32,000 bases of DNA from Candidatus Kuenenia stuttgartensis (lineage in GTDB: Bacteria > Planctomycetota > Brocadiia > Brocadiales > Brocadiaceae), in NCBI RefSeq assembly GCF_900232105.1, contig NZ_LT934425.1, forward strand, positions 810,001 to 842,000, given 5' to 3'. How positions within the stretch are numbered: position 1 is the first letter of the stretch; every line of letters starts with the position of its first letter. The translations under genes and the position numbers were made by a program. Under the pieces are notes generated by a model, which ran no database searches, had not been told where the DNA came from, and saw nothing but the letters and a program-made list of their open reading frames with translations. Below, piece after piece: positions 9,494-19,570 of this stretch.

Positions 9494-9643
9494 GTAACAA
9501 TTTAGCTTTTTGAAAAAGTAGGGGCGAAGCATTTCCCAGTTTGGGTATGTACGCCTTTATGACAATTTACAGCAAGTGCTTCGCCCCTACACTATGCGGC
9601 AAACATCGCTATTATTAGATTTTTCGAAAAGCTAAATTGTTGC
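9494..9643. mobile_element. MITE-like hairpin element, copy C
   Basis: Left end GTAACAATTTAGCTTTTTGAAAAA, right end (reverse complement) GCAACAATTTAGCTTTTCGAAAAA; inner arms GTAGGGGCGAAGC / GCTTCGCCCCTAC. Confidence 0.75.
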
Positions 9644-9758
9644 TAAATAAAAGACATCTCTTGCTTTTTCTCCTTTTTTTAGTACAAATATATGCAATAA
9701 AAAGCAACCGTTTTGGCTCTTCGAAAGAAATCCCCGGCGGGTTATAGAAAGATCATCT

Positions 9759-10763
9759 ATGGAAATTCTCAATCCTCACGACAAATTCTTCAAAGAGACG
9801 TTTTCCATACGAGAAAATGCAATCGATTTTCTTAGCGGGAGATTTCCGCCGGAAATTTTAAAAAAGCTGGATTTATCCACTTTAACACAGGATAATAGCT
9901 CATATATCGACGAGGAACTCAGAGAACATTTTTCAGACATTGTATATACCTGTTTCTGTAAAGAAAAAGAGATCAGGATAACCCTTTTATTTGAGCATAA
10001 GAGTTATGCCTTGGCATGTCCATATCTGCAGTTGATGAAATACCTTTTAAAGATATGGGAAGCAAACAGCAAGCAGGCACAAAGGCTCATACCGGTAATT
10101 CCGGTGATATTGTATCATGGTAAAGAGGCGTGGAAAGTCAGGAGGTTCAGAGAATATTTTGAAGGGATAGACGAAGTATTCTACAGGTTTATACCGGAGT
10201 TTGAATATCTGCTGACGGATATAAGTTGCTATAGTAATGAGGAAATAAAAGACAGGGTCTTCAGAAGGGTATCCCTTCAAATAACCATGTTATTAATGAG
10301 GAACATATTTGATGAGAAGTATTTGGAAGATAAGCTAAAGGGTTTCTTCGAAATAGGGATACAATATTTTGAAGAGGATGAAGGGTTAAAGTTTCTGGAA
10401 AGTGCAATCAGGTATTTGTACTATGCGTCGGATATAGCGGAAAAACGGGTAATAGATACCCTAAAGGAGATATCGGAAGAAGGAGGTAAATTAAGTATGA
10501 CAATAGCAGCTAAATTAATAGAAAAAGGCAAAATAGCTGGTAGAGTGGAAGGTAGAGCGGAAGGTGCAATAGAGGGCGAGAGGAAAGGCAGGATAGAAGG
10601 CCTAAAAGAAGCGATAGAGATTGGTTTGGAGCTAAAGTATGGCGTTAAAGGTTTAAAGCTTCTGGAACGTATCAGGAAAATAGTAGTGATAGAGAAGCTG
10701 GAGGCAATAAAGGAAGCGGTGAAAATAGCGAAGAATATGGAAGAAATTGAAAAACTGCTCTAA
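9759..10763 (+). CDS. Rpn family recombination-promoting nuclease/putative transposase (PD-(D/E)XK)
   Basis: HDKFFKETFSIRENAIDFLSGRFP...DLVYTCF-like ...ITLLFEHKSYA...VILYHG; C-terminal coiled GRVEGRAEGAIEGERKGRIEG. Confidence 0.9.
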   Translation: MEILNPHDKFFKETFSIRENAIDFLSGRFPPEILKKLDLSTLTQDNSSYIDEELREHFSDIVYTCFCKEKEIRITLLFEHKSYALACPYLQLMKYLLKIWEANSKQAQRLIPVIPVILYHGKEAWKVRRFREYFEGIDEVFYRFIPEFEYLLTDISCYSNEEIKDRVFRRVSLQITMLLMRNIFDEKYLEDKLKGFFEIGIQYFEEDEGLKFLESAIRYLYYASDIAEKRVIDTLKEISEEGGKLSMTIAAKLIEKGKIAGRVEGRAEGAIEGERKGRIEGLKEAIEIGLELKYGVKGLKLLERIRKIVVIEKLEAIKEAVKIAKNMEEIEKLL

Positions 10764-10836
10764 AGGGGTTTTTTGAAATAGGGAGGCAGTATTTTGAAGA
10801 GGATGAAGGGTTAAAGTTTCTGGAAAGTGTAACAGA
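10760..10836 (+). repeat. Partial duplication of an internal rpn segment (source about 10335..10411)
   Basis: CTAAAGGG.TTT.TT.GAAATAGGGA..CA.TATTTTGAAGAGGATGAAGGGTTAAAGTTTCTGGAAAGTG present in both places. Confidence 0.85.
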
Positions 10837-10929
10837 CTGTTCCTACGTAGCTTATCGGTAATACGTTTTTCAAAAAACTAACGTGTTGCCCGAATTATTT
10901 GTTTAAAAAATTTCATACAAGGGAAAACT

Positions 10930-11946
10930 ATGCAATATTCGCCACTCCTTCTTCTTCCAGTAGCAATTTCATTGTCGCTCTATTTATTGCTCTTTTTGTT
11001 TATTTTCGCCATTTTATTCATTTTTTTAACGTACGGCAGGCTTTATATAAATGCCATTTCTTCCGGAGCCGCTATCTCCTTTTCGAAAATAATTGGCATG
11101 GCCATGAAACGCATCGATGTTAAATCGATGGTAAAATATTGTATTATGGCAAAAAAAGCGGGGATAGATATCGCACCTTCGTCCCTGGAAGCACATTACC
11201 TTGCTGGAGGAAATGTTGATCAGGCAGTACACGCCATTATTGCAGCAAGCAAAGCAAATATAGAGCTTAGCTTCGATAATGCCTGTGCTATAGACCTTGC
11301 AGGAAGAAATATTTTCGACATAGTCAAGGCCGGTATTTATCCAAGGGAATTTGCCTGTCCGGATCCGGCAAAGGGTTCTTCAACGCTCGACGCAATAACA
11401 AAAGATGGTATTCAAATAAAAGTAAAGGTACGCATTACCCTGCGTACCAATATTGAAAAACTGGTGGGGAGCGCTGCGGAAGAAACCATCACTGCAAGGG
11501 TGGGGGAAAGCATCATTACCGCTATCGGGTCATCGGACTGTTATCGAAAAGTCCTTGAAAGACCGGATCTCATTTCACTATATGTAATGGAAAAGAAGCT
11601 GGACGCCGATACAGCCTTTACCATACTTTCAATTAACATTATCGATATCACTGTTGGTGAAAACATAGGGGCAAAATTGCAATCTGCGCAAACGGAAGTA
11701 GATAGAAAAGTAGCGCTTGTGGAAGCGGAAAAAAGGGAAAAGGCCGCCATTGCACGCCAGCAGGAAGCAAAAGCGCTTGCGGAAGAGAGCAGGGTAAAAA
11801 TACTCACGGCAGAGGCCGAAGTGCCAAAAGCAATTGTGCAGGCATTTCGCGAAGGGAATATGGGCATAATGGATTATTGTCATATAAAAAATATTGAAGC
11901 CGATACTGAAATGAAATCAGCGCTTTCAAAACAAGGCACACCCTAA
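10930..11946 (+). CDS. floA: Flotillin-like protein FloA (UPF0365/YqfA family)
   Basis: AAISFSKIIGMAMKRIDVKSMVKYCIMAKKAGI...LEAHYLAGGNVDQAVHAIIAASKANIELSFDNACAIDLAGRNI...; N-terminal hydrophobic anchor. Confidence 0.93.
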   Translation: MQYSPLLLLPVAISLSLYLLLFLFIFAILFIFLTYGRLYINAISSGAAISFSKIIGMAMKRIDVKSMVKYCIMAKKAGIDIAPSSLEAHYLAGGNVDQAVHAIIAASKANIELSFDNACAIDLAGRNIFDIVKAGIYPREFACPDPAKGSSTLDAITKDGIQIKVKVRITLRTNIEKLVGSAAEETITARVGESIITAIGSSDCYRKVLERPDLISLYVMEKKLDADTAFTILSINIIDITVGENIGAKLQSAQTEVDRKVALVEAEKREKAAIARQQEAKALAEESRVKILTAEAEVPKAIVQAFREGNMGIMDYCHIKNIEADTEMKSALSKQGTP

Positions 11947-11993
11947 GCTGGCAAAGCCAGAACCAAACAAGCACGAAAACAGTCCTCAGCCTG

Positions 11994-12028
11994 CAATCTG
12001 CAATCTGCCGATTGTAGATTGCAGATTG
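11994..12028. repeat. Short perfect hairpin CAATCTGCAATCT-(9)-AGATTGCAGATTG
   Basis: 13-bp perfect inverted repeat read directly, downstream of floA. Confidence 0.8.
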
Positions 12029-12280
12029 CCTACTGCAGAAGGGACAATTAAATATTTTGCCAAAAATGTAAAGAAATTACTGTTAAAGTAACACGCATCC
12101 AAGAAACGTCATGCGGCATACGTGTTTGTCCTTGATAATGAAAAAAGTTTATGCTAAATTACTCCTCTTATGTAAATATTACTTATTTGAAATTCTTTCA
12201 TTTTTCGATCTTAAAGTCTCACAAGGACAATGTTAACATTAATTAATTGCTTACACCATAAATGATATTTTCAATCACAG

Positions 12281-13063
12281 ATGAATCAAATCTTTTTCCC
12301 CTTTAAAATTATAGGAAACTCCCTCCATAAATTCATCAGAGAATTGGGAAAAATGGGGTGTTTTTTTGCGAACGCCTTGTTTTATATGTTATTCCCCCCT
12401 TATCTGTTCAGGCGGATTATCAAACAAATCAATTTCATCGGGGTAAAGACGGTCCTTGTCATCGTCTTAACCGGCACATTTACCGGAATGGTGCTAGCCT
12501 TACAGATGTATTACGTATTAATAAAGTTTGGGGCAGAAGCAAGGCTTGGGCCTGCGGTAGCCATGTCATTGATCAAAGAGTTAGGGCCGGTTATTTGCGC
12601 ATTAATGGTTACCGGACGAGCAGGCTCTGCAATAACAGCGGAAATTGGAATTATGAGGATATCAGAACAAGTAGATGCGCTTGACGCTATGGCTTTAAAC
12701 CCATACAAATATCTTATCATACCCAATATTATAGCCGGAGTAATATCACTCCCACTCCTGAATGCGATCTTTGTAGTCCTTGGAGTTTTTGGTGGCTATG
12801 CGGTCGGCGTAGGGCTTATGGGCGTATCGAGCGGCACCTACTTTGGCGGCATCAACGATTTTGTCGCGGCAAGGGACGTTTTTGAAGGATTTTATAAATC
12901 GCTGAGTTTTGGCGTTTTAATAACATGGATATCCTGCTATAAAGGATTTTATACAGGATATGGGGCAGAGGGGGTAAGCAAAGCCACAACGCAGTCCGTG
13001 GTAATTTCCTCCGTTGTGATACTTATATGGGATTATTTTATGACATCTTTACTGGTTGCATAG
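12281..13063 (+). CDS. mlaE: MlaE-family ABC transporter permease (lipid asymmetry)
   Basis: GVKTVLVIVLTGTFTGMVLALQMYYVLIKFGAEARLGPAVAMSLIKELGPVICALMVTGRAGSAITAEIGIMRISEQVDALDAMALNPYKYLIIPN. Confidence 0.95.
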   Translation: MNQIFFPFKIIGNSLHKFIRELGKMGCFFANALFYMLFPPYLFRRIIKQINFIGVKTVLVIVLTGTFTGMVLALQMYYVLIKFGAEARLGPAVAMSLIKELGPVICALMVTGRAGSAITAEIGIMRISEQVDALDAMALNPYKYLIIPNIIAGVISLPLLNAIFVVLGVFGGYAVGVGLMGVSSGTYFGGINDFVAARDVFEGFYKSLSFGVLITWISCYKGFYTGYGAEGVSKATTQSVVISSVVILIWDYFMTSLLVA

Positions 13064-13076
13064 CTTTAAACAAAAA

Positions 13077-13823
13077 ATGATAGAGATCGTCGATTTACAC
13101 AAAAGCTTTAATGAACACAAAATACTACGTGGAGTCAATTTAAAGATAGAAGACGATCAAATGTTGGCATTGATTGGTGGTAGCGGGACGGGAAAGTCGG
13201 TGCTGTTAAAGCACATAATCGGGCTTGCAAAACCTGATAAAGGCAAAGTATTGGTGGATAATCAGGATATTAGCAAATTGAGGAGAAAGGCATTAAAACG
13301 TCTGAAAGAGCGATTTGGCGTCGTTTTTCAGGGCGGAGCACTTTTCGACTCTCTTACCGTCTTTGAAAACGTAGCATTTCCCCTCAGAGAAAAGACGAGG
13401 ATGAAGGCATTGGAGATAAGGGAAACGGTATTCAGGGAACTTGCCAATGTGGGACTTTCCGGTGCTGAAAATAAATACCCGGCAGAAATCAGCGGCGGGA
13501 TGAAAAAACGTGTTGCCCTTGCGCGGTGCCTGGTAATGCAACCGGAAATAATTTTATTTGATGAACCTACGACAGGACTCGATCCTTTGATCGCAAAAGC
13601 AATTCACAATTTGATACGGTCATTACAAAAGAATTTACACTTCACGGCAATTATGGTGACACATGAAATTCCCGAAGTATTTTCTTTCGTTGACCGTGTT
13701 GCAATGTTATATAACGGAAAAATCATTGCGGAAGGCACTCCGCAGGAAATACAAGATTCAAAAAACCCTATCGTACACCAGTTTATTCACGGGGAACTGG
13801 AAGGCCCTATTTCTATAAAATAA
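13077..13823 (+). CDS. mlaF: MlaF-family ABC transporter ATP-binding protein
   Basis: Walker A GGSGTGKSV; signature SGGMKKRVALAR; Walker B IILFDEPTTGLDP. Probable ATG at 13077. Confidence 0.95.
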   Translation: MIEIVDLHKSFNEHKILRGVNLKIEDDQMLALIGGSGTGKSVLLKHIIGLAKPDKGKVLVDNQDISKLRRKALKRLKERFGVVFQGGALFDSLTVFENVAFPLREKTRMKALEIRETVFRELANVGLSGAENKYPAEISGGMKKRVALARCLVMQPEIILFDEPTTGLDPLIAKAIHNLIRSLQKNLHFTAIMVTHEIPEVFSFVDRVAMLYNGKIIAEGTPQEIQDSKNPIVHQFIHGELEGPISIK

Positions 13824-14034
13824 TTGTAATGGTTCGTCACAGAGGCACAAAGTGCGCAAAAGTTATTATTTTTAGAAGCTAAAGGTTGCGAATTCTGAAA
13901 AACTTTATGATTTTATTGCAGAAGATATCCCTTTTTTGAAATTTTCTATCGTTTTTTCCTTGCGTCCTTTGCGATGGACTGCTGAACTGTCACAAATAAT
14001 TTATTTATGCCTCTTGTTAACAAAGGTGAAATTT

Positions 14035-14481
14035 ATGAAAAAATTTGATGTCGAAATTGCCGTAGGTATATTTATCTTCTGTGGTATACTTTGCATGGGT
14101 TATATCTCGGTAAAGCTTGGCAAGATCAATTTTTTAAGCGATAATTATTATCAGGTGAATGCCATTTTTAGCACGGTAAAAGGACTCAAAAAAAATACTG
14201 CCGTGGAAATAGCCGGTGTTGAAGTAGGCAAGGTCGATAACATAGTGCTCGAAAATTACGAAGTAGTGGTATCTATGAAAATCAGAAAAGACATAAAACT
14301 ACAGGAAGATGCCATTGCCTCTATCCGCACGAAAGGACTTTTAGGCGAAAAATACGTTGAAATTACACCGGGCGGTTCAGACCACATAATAGAACATGGC
14401 GGCACCTTGATAGAAACAGAGCCGCCCCTTGATTTAGAAAAGCTTATTGGAAATTTTGTTTTTGGAAAAGTTGGAGATTAA
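14035..14481 (+). CDS. mlaD: MlaD-family MCE-domain substrate-binding protein (short, single MCE domain)
   Basis: MKKFDVEIAVGIFIFCGILCMGYISVKLG...YYQVNAIFSTVKGLKKNTAVEIAGVEVGKVDNI...ASIRTKGLLGEKYVEITPGG. Confidence 0.92.
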   Translation: MKKFDVEIAVGIFIFCGILCMGYISVKLGKINFLSDNYYQVNAIFSTVKGLKKNTAVEIAGVEVGKVDNIVLENYEVVVSMKIRKDIKLQEDAIASIRTKGLLGEKYVEITPGGSDHIIEHGGTLIETEPPLDLEKLIGNFVFGKVGD

Positions 14482-14485
14482 TTAC

Positions 14486-15088
14486 ATGAAAAATCAAAGA
14501 ATTGCATTAAATCTGCTTGTTTTCGCATTACTTCTGGCGCCCGTTTCTTCTTTATTGGCAGGCGAAACAGGCGCACTGGTCATGAAATATATCGAAAGTG
14601 GGATGGCAATATTAGAAGATGAAACCCTTAAAGGAGAAGATAAAAAAGAGGAACGTAAAGAAAAGTTATGGGCTGAGCTTACCAATATTTTTAATTTTAC
14701 TGAAATGTCGCAAAGGGCACTCGGGCAATACTGGCAAAAAATCAGCCCCGAAGAAAAAGCAGAATTCATAGGATTGTTTACTAGTATTCTCAAAAATACC
14801 TACCTGGGAGAAACAGGCACTTATTCGGCAAAGAAAATTGTTCTGGTCGGGGAAAAGGAAAGAGGGAAATACGCCACAATACAAACAAATTTCATTCTAA
14901 ATACCGGCAAAGAAGCCGCTGTGGATTTTCGTATGATGAGTAACGACGGTAAATGGAAGATATATGATGTGATTATTGAAGGGGTGAGCCTGGTAAATAA
15001 TTACCGCAGCCAGTTTAGCAGCATCCTTGTGAAATCACCCTATGCAGAATTAATAAAACGGCTGAAGAAAAAAATCACCGAAGAGTAG
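14486..15088 (+). CDS. mlaC: MlaC/ABC-type toluene tolerance Ttg2D-like periplasmic lipid carrier
   Basis: Signal peptide; WAELTNIFNFTEMSQRALGQYWQKISPEEKAEFIGLFTSILKNTYLG...YDVIIEGVSLVNNYRSQFSSIL. Confidence 0.92.
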   Translation: MKNQRIALNLLVFALLLAPVSSLLAGETGALVMKYIESGMAILEDETLKGEDKKEERKEKLWAELTNIFNFTEMSQRALGQYWQKISPEEKAEFIGLFTSILKNTYLGETGTYSAKKIVLVGEKERGKYATIQTNFILNTGKEAAVDFRMMSNDGKWKIYDVIIEGVSLVNNYRSQFSSILVKSPYAELIKRLKKKITEE

Positions 15089-15159
15089 ACCCCCCTTGTG
15101 GCACTAACAGGCAGACTAAACAATTATTTCCCATCAACCTTAACTTCAGGAGCATACAA

Positions 15160-16176
15160 GTGAAATTCCCCGTTTTATTGTCGTTTATTTTTATACTCAC
15201 TCTCCCGTTTTTAACTATTTCTTTGAGGATGAAAACCACAATGGCATCTGAAGAATATGCCGCGAAAATTGCACCTAACGATGAATCAAAGACCGAAGGT
15301 GACTCTGTTAAAGAGAATACAGATATGCACAAACATGGGGAAGCAGTCGGAGTTGAAATGGAAGTTGTTTTTGCAAAAGAGGCAAACAACACTTCTGAGG
15401 AAATTTCATCCGTAGAAAATAATGACGCACCAAAAGAAATCACATTGGAAGCTTTGGATGTTGCTGAAACCGAAGTGCCAGAGGAAACAACAGAAGCAAC
15501 TGACGCAGAAGAAGAGATTGAATATGAAGACGACTTCGGGGAAGACGAAGAATACCTTCAGATAAAAGATTCAATCGAACCATTTAACCGCGCTATGTTT
15601 GTCTTGAATGACAAATTCTATTATTATCTTTTTAAACCCGTATATAAAGGATACAGCTTTGTCGTACCTGAACCTGCAAGAAAGAGTGTGAGAAATTTTT
15701 ACACTAATTTACAAATGCCGGGGCGCTTTTTCAATTGTCTGTTCCAGGGTAAGGGGAAAGGCGCAGGCACAGAATTGTTGCGTTTTACCATTAACAGCAC
15801 ACTGGGGCTTGCAGGTTTTTTTGATGTGGCAAAGGCCGGATTTGATTTAAAGGAATATGACGAAGACGTTGGGCAGACTCTTGCCAAAGCTAATATGGGA
15901 GAAGGCACATACATAGTACTGCCATTTTTCGGGCCATCCAATGTGCGGGATACCGTAGGACTTGCGGGAGATACCCTTCTTAACCCGATAACGTGGGTCA
16001 CTTACTTCTTTCTTGCGCCCATAGAGGGATTCGGAATTAATGCGTATGATGTCACAAACACCGGTTCTCTGGAAGCGGAAGACGCGTATGAAAAAATAAC
16101 AAAACCTGCCATCGACCCCTACATTGCACTCCAGGATGCTTATACAAAAAACCGAATCAAAAAGATCAAGGAATAA
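15160..16176 (+). CDS. mlaA: MlaA/VacJ family protein with long acidic N-terminal extension
   Basis: IEPFNRAMFVLNDKFYYYLFKPVYKGYSFVVPEPARKSVRNFYTNLQMPGRFFNCLFQGK...LGLAGFFDVAKAGF...GEGTYIVLPFFGPSNVRDTVGLAGD. Confidence 0.93.
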   Translation: MKFPVLLSFIFILTLPFLTISLRMKTTMASEEYAAKIAPNDESKTEGDSVKENTDMHKHGEAVGVEMEVVFAKEANNTSEEISSVENNDAPKEITLEALDVAETEVPEETTEATDAEEEIEYEDDFGEDEEYLQIKDSIEPFNRAMFVLNDKFYYYLFKPVYKGYSFVVPEPARKSVRNFYTNLQMPGRFFNCLFQGKGKGAGTELLRFTINSTLGLAGFFDVAKAGFDLKEYDEDVGQTLAKANMGEGTYIVLPFFGPSNVRDTVGLAGDTLLNPITWVTYFFLAPIEGFGINAYDVTNTGSLEAEDAYEKITKPAIDPYIALQDAYTKNRIKKIKE

Positions 16177-16198
16177 CAGCGAAAAGGAGAAGAAAAAT

Positions 16199-17776
16199 AT
16201 GGCAAAATTGGAACGGGCGCTTATCAGCGTATCAGATAAAACAGGAATCGTAACGTTTGCAAAAGAATTACAATCGTTAGGCATAGAAATAATTTCCACC
16301 GGAGGTACCTGTAAATTACTGAAGGAAAACGGCATTGCCGTAATTGAAATCTCAGAATATACAGGGTTCCCGGAGATTATGGACGGCCGTGTGAAAACAC
16401 TGCATCCGAAGGTGCATGGAGGACTCCTGGCATTAAGGAATAATGACTCCCACAAAAAACAAATGAAAGAACTGGGGATAAAACCCATCGATATGGTGGT
16501 GGTAAATCTGTATCCTTTTGAAAAAACAATTGCAAAAGAAGGCGTTTCCATGGAAGAAGCCATAGAAAATATTGATATCGGAGGGCCTTCCATGATACGC
16601 TCTGCCTCTAAAAATTACAGGGATGTCATCGTCATTGTCAACCCAAAGCGTTATGAATTTATTATCGGGGAACTACAGGCAGGGCATAACGATATTTCTG
16701 AAAAAATGCGCTTTGAACTGGCCGTTGAAGCATTCAGAACAACAGGACGCTATGACAGAGTCATTGCAAATTACTTCGACAGTCTTGGGGAAGAAAAAGG
16801 CGGGTATCCAACGGCGCTGTCCCTTGATTATATTAAACGTCAGTCATTGCGTTATGGTGAAAACCCGCATCAATCGGCAGCTTTTTATGCAGAAGAAAAT
16901 ATAAACGAACCATGCGTCTCCAATGCGCAGCAATTGTGCGGAAAAGAGCTTTCATACAATAATATAATAGACCTTCACGCAGCATTGGAATTAGTAAGAG
17001 AATTTGAAAAACCGTCCGCCATCGTAATAAAACATACCAATCCCTGCGGCGCAGCTTCAGCAAATACACTGGCGGCAGCATTTACAAAGGCATATAACGG
17101 AGACCCTGTTTCCGCATTCGGATGTATCCTGGGATTAAACAAAAACGTAGATGCGGCAACCGCTGAGGCAATTACCGGACCGGGGCATTTTGTTGAAGCA
17201 ATAATAGCTCCCGATTACGATCCGCAAGCCATTGAAATACTTACAACAAAAAGAAAATGGGGGAACAGTTTAAGGCTTTTAAAGACAGGTCCCCTTTCGG
17301 CAAAGACGAGAGACGCAAGGATTCAGGAAATAAAAGGCGTTGGCGGAGGCGTCCTTTTGCAAAGCAGGGACATCTCCCTCTATGAACCTGAAAATCTTAA
17401 AACAGTTTCGAAAAAGCAGCCTTCCGAACAAGAAATGGCTGATCTTCGTTTCGCGTTTACTATCTGCAAACATGTTAAATCAAACTGCATTGTTTTGGCA
17501 AAAGACGAAGCGGTTGTGGGAGTCGGTGCAGGGCAAATGAGCAGAATTGATTCTACGGAAATTTCCATAAAAAAGGCCGGCGAAAGAACGAAAGGCGCCG
17601 TGATGGCATCCGATGCCTTTTTCCCCTTCAGGGACTGCGTTGATGTTGCTGCAAAGGCAGGAATAACCGCCATCATTCAACCAGGAGGTTCTAACAGGGA
17701 TGATGAATCAATTGCCGCATCTGATGAACACGGAATCTGCATGGTACTTACCGGACAACGGCATTTCAAACATTAG
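16199..17776 (+). CDS. purH: Bifunctional AICAR transformylase/IMP cyclohydrolase PurH
   Basis: [40 protein letters not shown]...[14 protein letters not shown]...[13 protein letters not shown]...[12 protein letters not shown]...SDAFFPFRD...[11 protein letters not shown] at 16199 preceded by a purine-rich RBS. Confidence 0.97.
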   Translation: MAKLERALISVSDKTGIVTFAKELQSLGIEIISTGGTCKLLKENGIAVIEISEYTGFPEIMDGRVKTLHPKVHGGLLALRNNDSHKKQMKELGIKPIDMVVVNLYPFEKTIAKEGVSMEEAIENIDIGGPSMIRSASKNYRDVIVIVNPKRYEFIIGELQAGHNDISEKMRFELAVEAFRTTGRYDRVIANYFDSLGEEKGGYPTALSLDYIKRQSLRYGENPHQSAAFYAEENINEPCVSNAQQLCGKELSYNNIIDLHAALELVREFEKPSAIVIKHTNPCGAASANTLAAAFTKAYNGDPVSAFGCILGLNKNVDAATAEAITGPGHFVEAIIAPDYDPQAIEILTTKRKWGNSLRLLKTGPLSAKTRDARIQEIKGVGGGVLLQSRDISLYEPENLKTVSKKQPSEQEMADLRFAFTICKHVKSNCIVLAKDEAVVGVGAGQMSRIDSTEISIKKAGERTKGAVMASDAFFPFRDCVDVAAKAGITAIIQPGGSNRDDESIAASDEHGICMVLTGQRHFKH

Positions 17777-17867
17777 AAACCCATACAAAAGCCGGCAGTC
17801 CATAATCGACAGTCTGCCATCGGCAGTCAGCAGAATGATGAAATTAGAAGCACGAAATACGAAAGAA

Positions 17868-17914
17868 GCACTTGTTTAGAATTTCAAATCATTTTGTCAT
17901 TCGAATTTGTTTCG
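17868..17914. repeat. Second copy of the 47-bp segment at 5153..5199
   Basis: GCACTTGTTTAGAATTTCAAATCATTTTGTCATT[A/C]GAATTTGTTTCG: one mismatch in 47 nt. Confidence 0.9.
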
Positions 17915-17998
17915 TATCTCGTACTTCGAATTTCGTATTTTTTATCTCGTGCTTGTTTTATTCTGGCTACGCCAGCTTAAGTATCATAAGGTGAGTAC

Positions 17999-18607
17999 AT
18001 GAGGATAAAAATCTGTGGGATCACAAACATCAAAGACGCGGAGACTGCAGTGGAATACGGTGCAGATGCACTGGGATTTGTCTTTGCAATAAGCCCCCGT
18101 CAGGTAACAAAGGAACAAGCAAGGGATATTGTTGCAGCATTGCCTCCCTTCGTTTCCCTTGTAGGAGTGTTTGCTGACGAGCAAGCCGATAAGATCAGGG
18201 GGATTTGTAATTTCTGCGGCATACACACCGTGCAGCTTCACGGCAACGAATCCCCCCCCTATTTAAACGATTTAAAGGGATACAAGATTATAAAGGCATT
18301 CCGGGTTAAGGATGAAAATGACTTAAAACAACTGGCTAATTACAAACCTCACGCCTTTTTACTGGATAGCTATATAAAAGGAGTTATGGGAGGCACCGGA
18401 AAAACGTTTAATTGGGAAATTGCCAAACAGGCGTGTAAATACGGAACTATTATTTTATCGGGTGGGTTGACTCCCGATAATGTAAAGGAAGCAATTCGCA
18501 TTGTCTCCCCCTATGCAGTGGACGTGTCTTCCGGGGTAGAATCCTCTCCGGGAACAAAAAACGCATCTCTCATAAAGGAATTTATAACAAATGCGAAGTG
18601 GCAGTAA
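17999..18607 (+). CDS. trpF: Phosphoribosylanthranilate isomerase
   Basis: MRIKICGITNIKDAETAVEYGADALGFVFAISPRQVT...VGVFADE...VQLHGNE...LSGGLTPDNV...VDVSSGVESSPGTK. Confidence 0.96.
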   Translation: MRIKICGITNIKDAETAVEYGADALGFVFAISPRQVTKEQARDIVAALPPFVSLVGVFADEQADKIRGICNFCGIHTVQLHGNESPPYLNDLKGYKIIKAFRVKDENDLKQLANYKPHAFLLDSYIKGVMGGTGKTFNWEIAKQACKYGTIILSGGLTPDNVKEAIRIVSPYAVDVSSGVESSPGTKNASLIKEFITNAKWQ

Positions 18608-18617
18608 ACCACCCCTT

Positions 18618-18842
18618 TTATTTCCTGCCCAGCAGCCACATTATGATAGAAAGAACAATGCTGATAATAATACACGTAGTGAGGGGAAAATAAAAACTGA
18701 AATTCTTCTTTTGCACGGCAATATCTCCGGGAAGCCTTCCTAAAAACGGAATTTTGTTTACAAACAAAAACAAGGCGCCGGCAATAATCAGGATAATGCC
18801 TGTTATTATCAGAACCTTTCCAAACGAACCAAATTCGCCCAT
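18618..18842 (-). CDS. DUF2905-like small membrane protein
   Basis: MGEFGSFGKVLIITGIILIIAGALFLFVNKIPFLGRLPGDIAVQKKNFSFYFPLTTCIIISIVLSIIMWLLGRK; purine-rich RBS upstream of internal ATG. Confidence 0.85.
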   Translation of the reverse strand: MGEFGSFGKVLIITGIILIIAGALFLFVNKIPFLGRLPGDIAVQKKNFSFYFPLTTCIIISIVLSIIMWLLGRK

Positions 18843-19038
18843 AATACCCCCCCCTTCCCAATCCAAAAAAACATTATTAACGATTATATTATAAACCACT
18901 GAGAATGCAACCGCCCGAAGCATCCCGCAAAAACACTCACTATTATAATTATTATTTGCAAACTATTTCTTGCCCGATTGCCGGATACTTTGTACAATGC
19001 GACGGAATAGTATACGAGAAGAGGAATTTTTGACGATT

Positions 19039-19518
19039 ATGAAAGAAACCACCTGCGAAAAATGGATGTGCCTTGCCATAAACAAGGCAAAAGAAGGAAT
19101 CCTTGACGGCCAAACGCCTTTTGGCGCATGCATAATTAAAAACAATCGGCTAATAAGCTGTGTCCATAACCATGTATGGAAGAATACAGACATTACCGCC
19201 CACGCTGAAATTATCGCAATCAGAGAAGCCTGCAAAATATTAAACACGGTAGACTTATCCGGCTGCACAATATATTCCACCTGCGAACCCTGTCCCATGT
19301 GTTTTTCTGCGTGCCACTGGGCAAGGATAGCAAAAATTGTGTACGGCGCCAGCATTAAAGATGCGTTAGCAATTGGATTTAATGAACTTTCAATTTCCAA
19401 CGAAGCCATGAAAAAAAACGGCGGAAGCCCTGTTGAAATAAAAGGGAACGTTCTCCCGAAAGAAAATATTGCGCTTTTCGCCTTGTGGCTTAAACAACAG
19501 AATAGAAGAATTTATTAA
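19039..19518 (+). CDS. Nucleoside deaminase (cytidine deaminase-like fold, TadA/GuaD-type)
   Basis: TPFGACIIKNNRLISCVHNHVWKNTDITAHAEIIAIREAC...YSTCEPCPMCFSACHWARIAKIVYGA. Start placed at internal ATG MKETTCEKW. Confidence 0.88.
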   Translation: MKETTCEKWMCLAINKAKEGILDGQTPFGACIIKNNRLISCVHNHVWKNTDITAHAEIIAIREACKILNTVDLSGCTIYSTCEPCPMCFSACHWARIAKIVYGASIKDALAIGFNELSISNEAMKKNGGSPVEIKGNVLPKENIALFALWLKQQNRRIY

Positions 19519-19570
19519 ACGCAACAATTCGGTTTTTTGAGCATAGTTTCAGGACAGGAGAAAACAGCAT

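Noticed and set aside
9486-9651. 8-bp target duplication around MITE copy C
   Set aside because: Flanks ATAATGAA and TAAATAAA match only 5/8 in A/T-rich DNA, which is not distinguishable from chance.
15847-16593. 248-aa antisense ORF on the minus strand
   Set aside because: Overlaps strongly supported mlaA and purH; no family-like motifs.
13293-18241. Other antisense or alternate-frame ORFs of 60-130 aa (e.g. 13293..13541, 14494..14793, 15699..16001, 17279..17676)
   Set aside because: All lie opposite confident genes and look like shadow ORFs.
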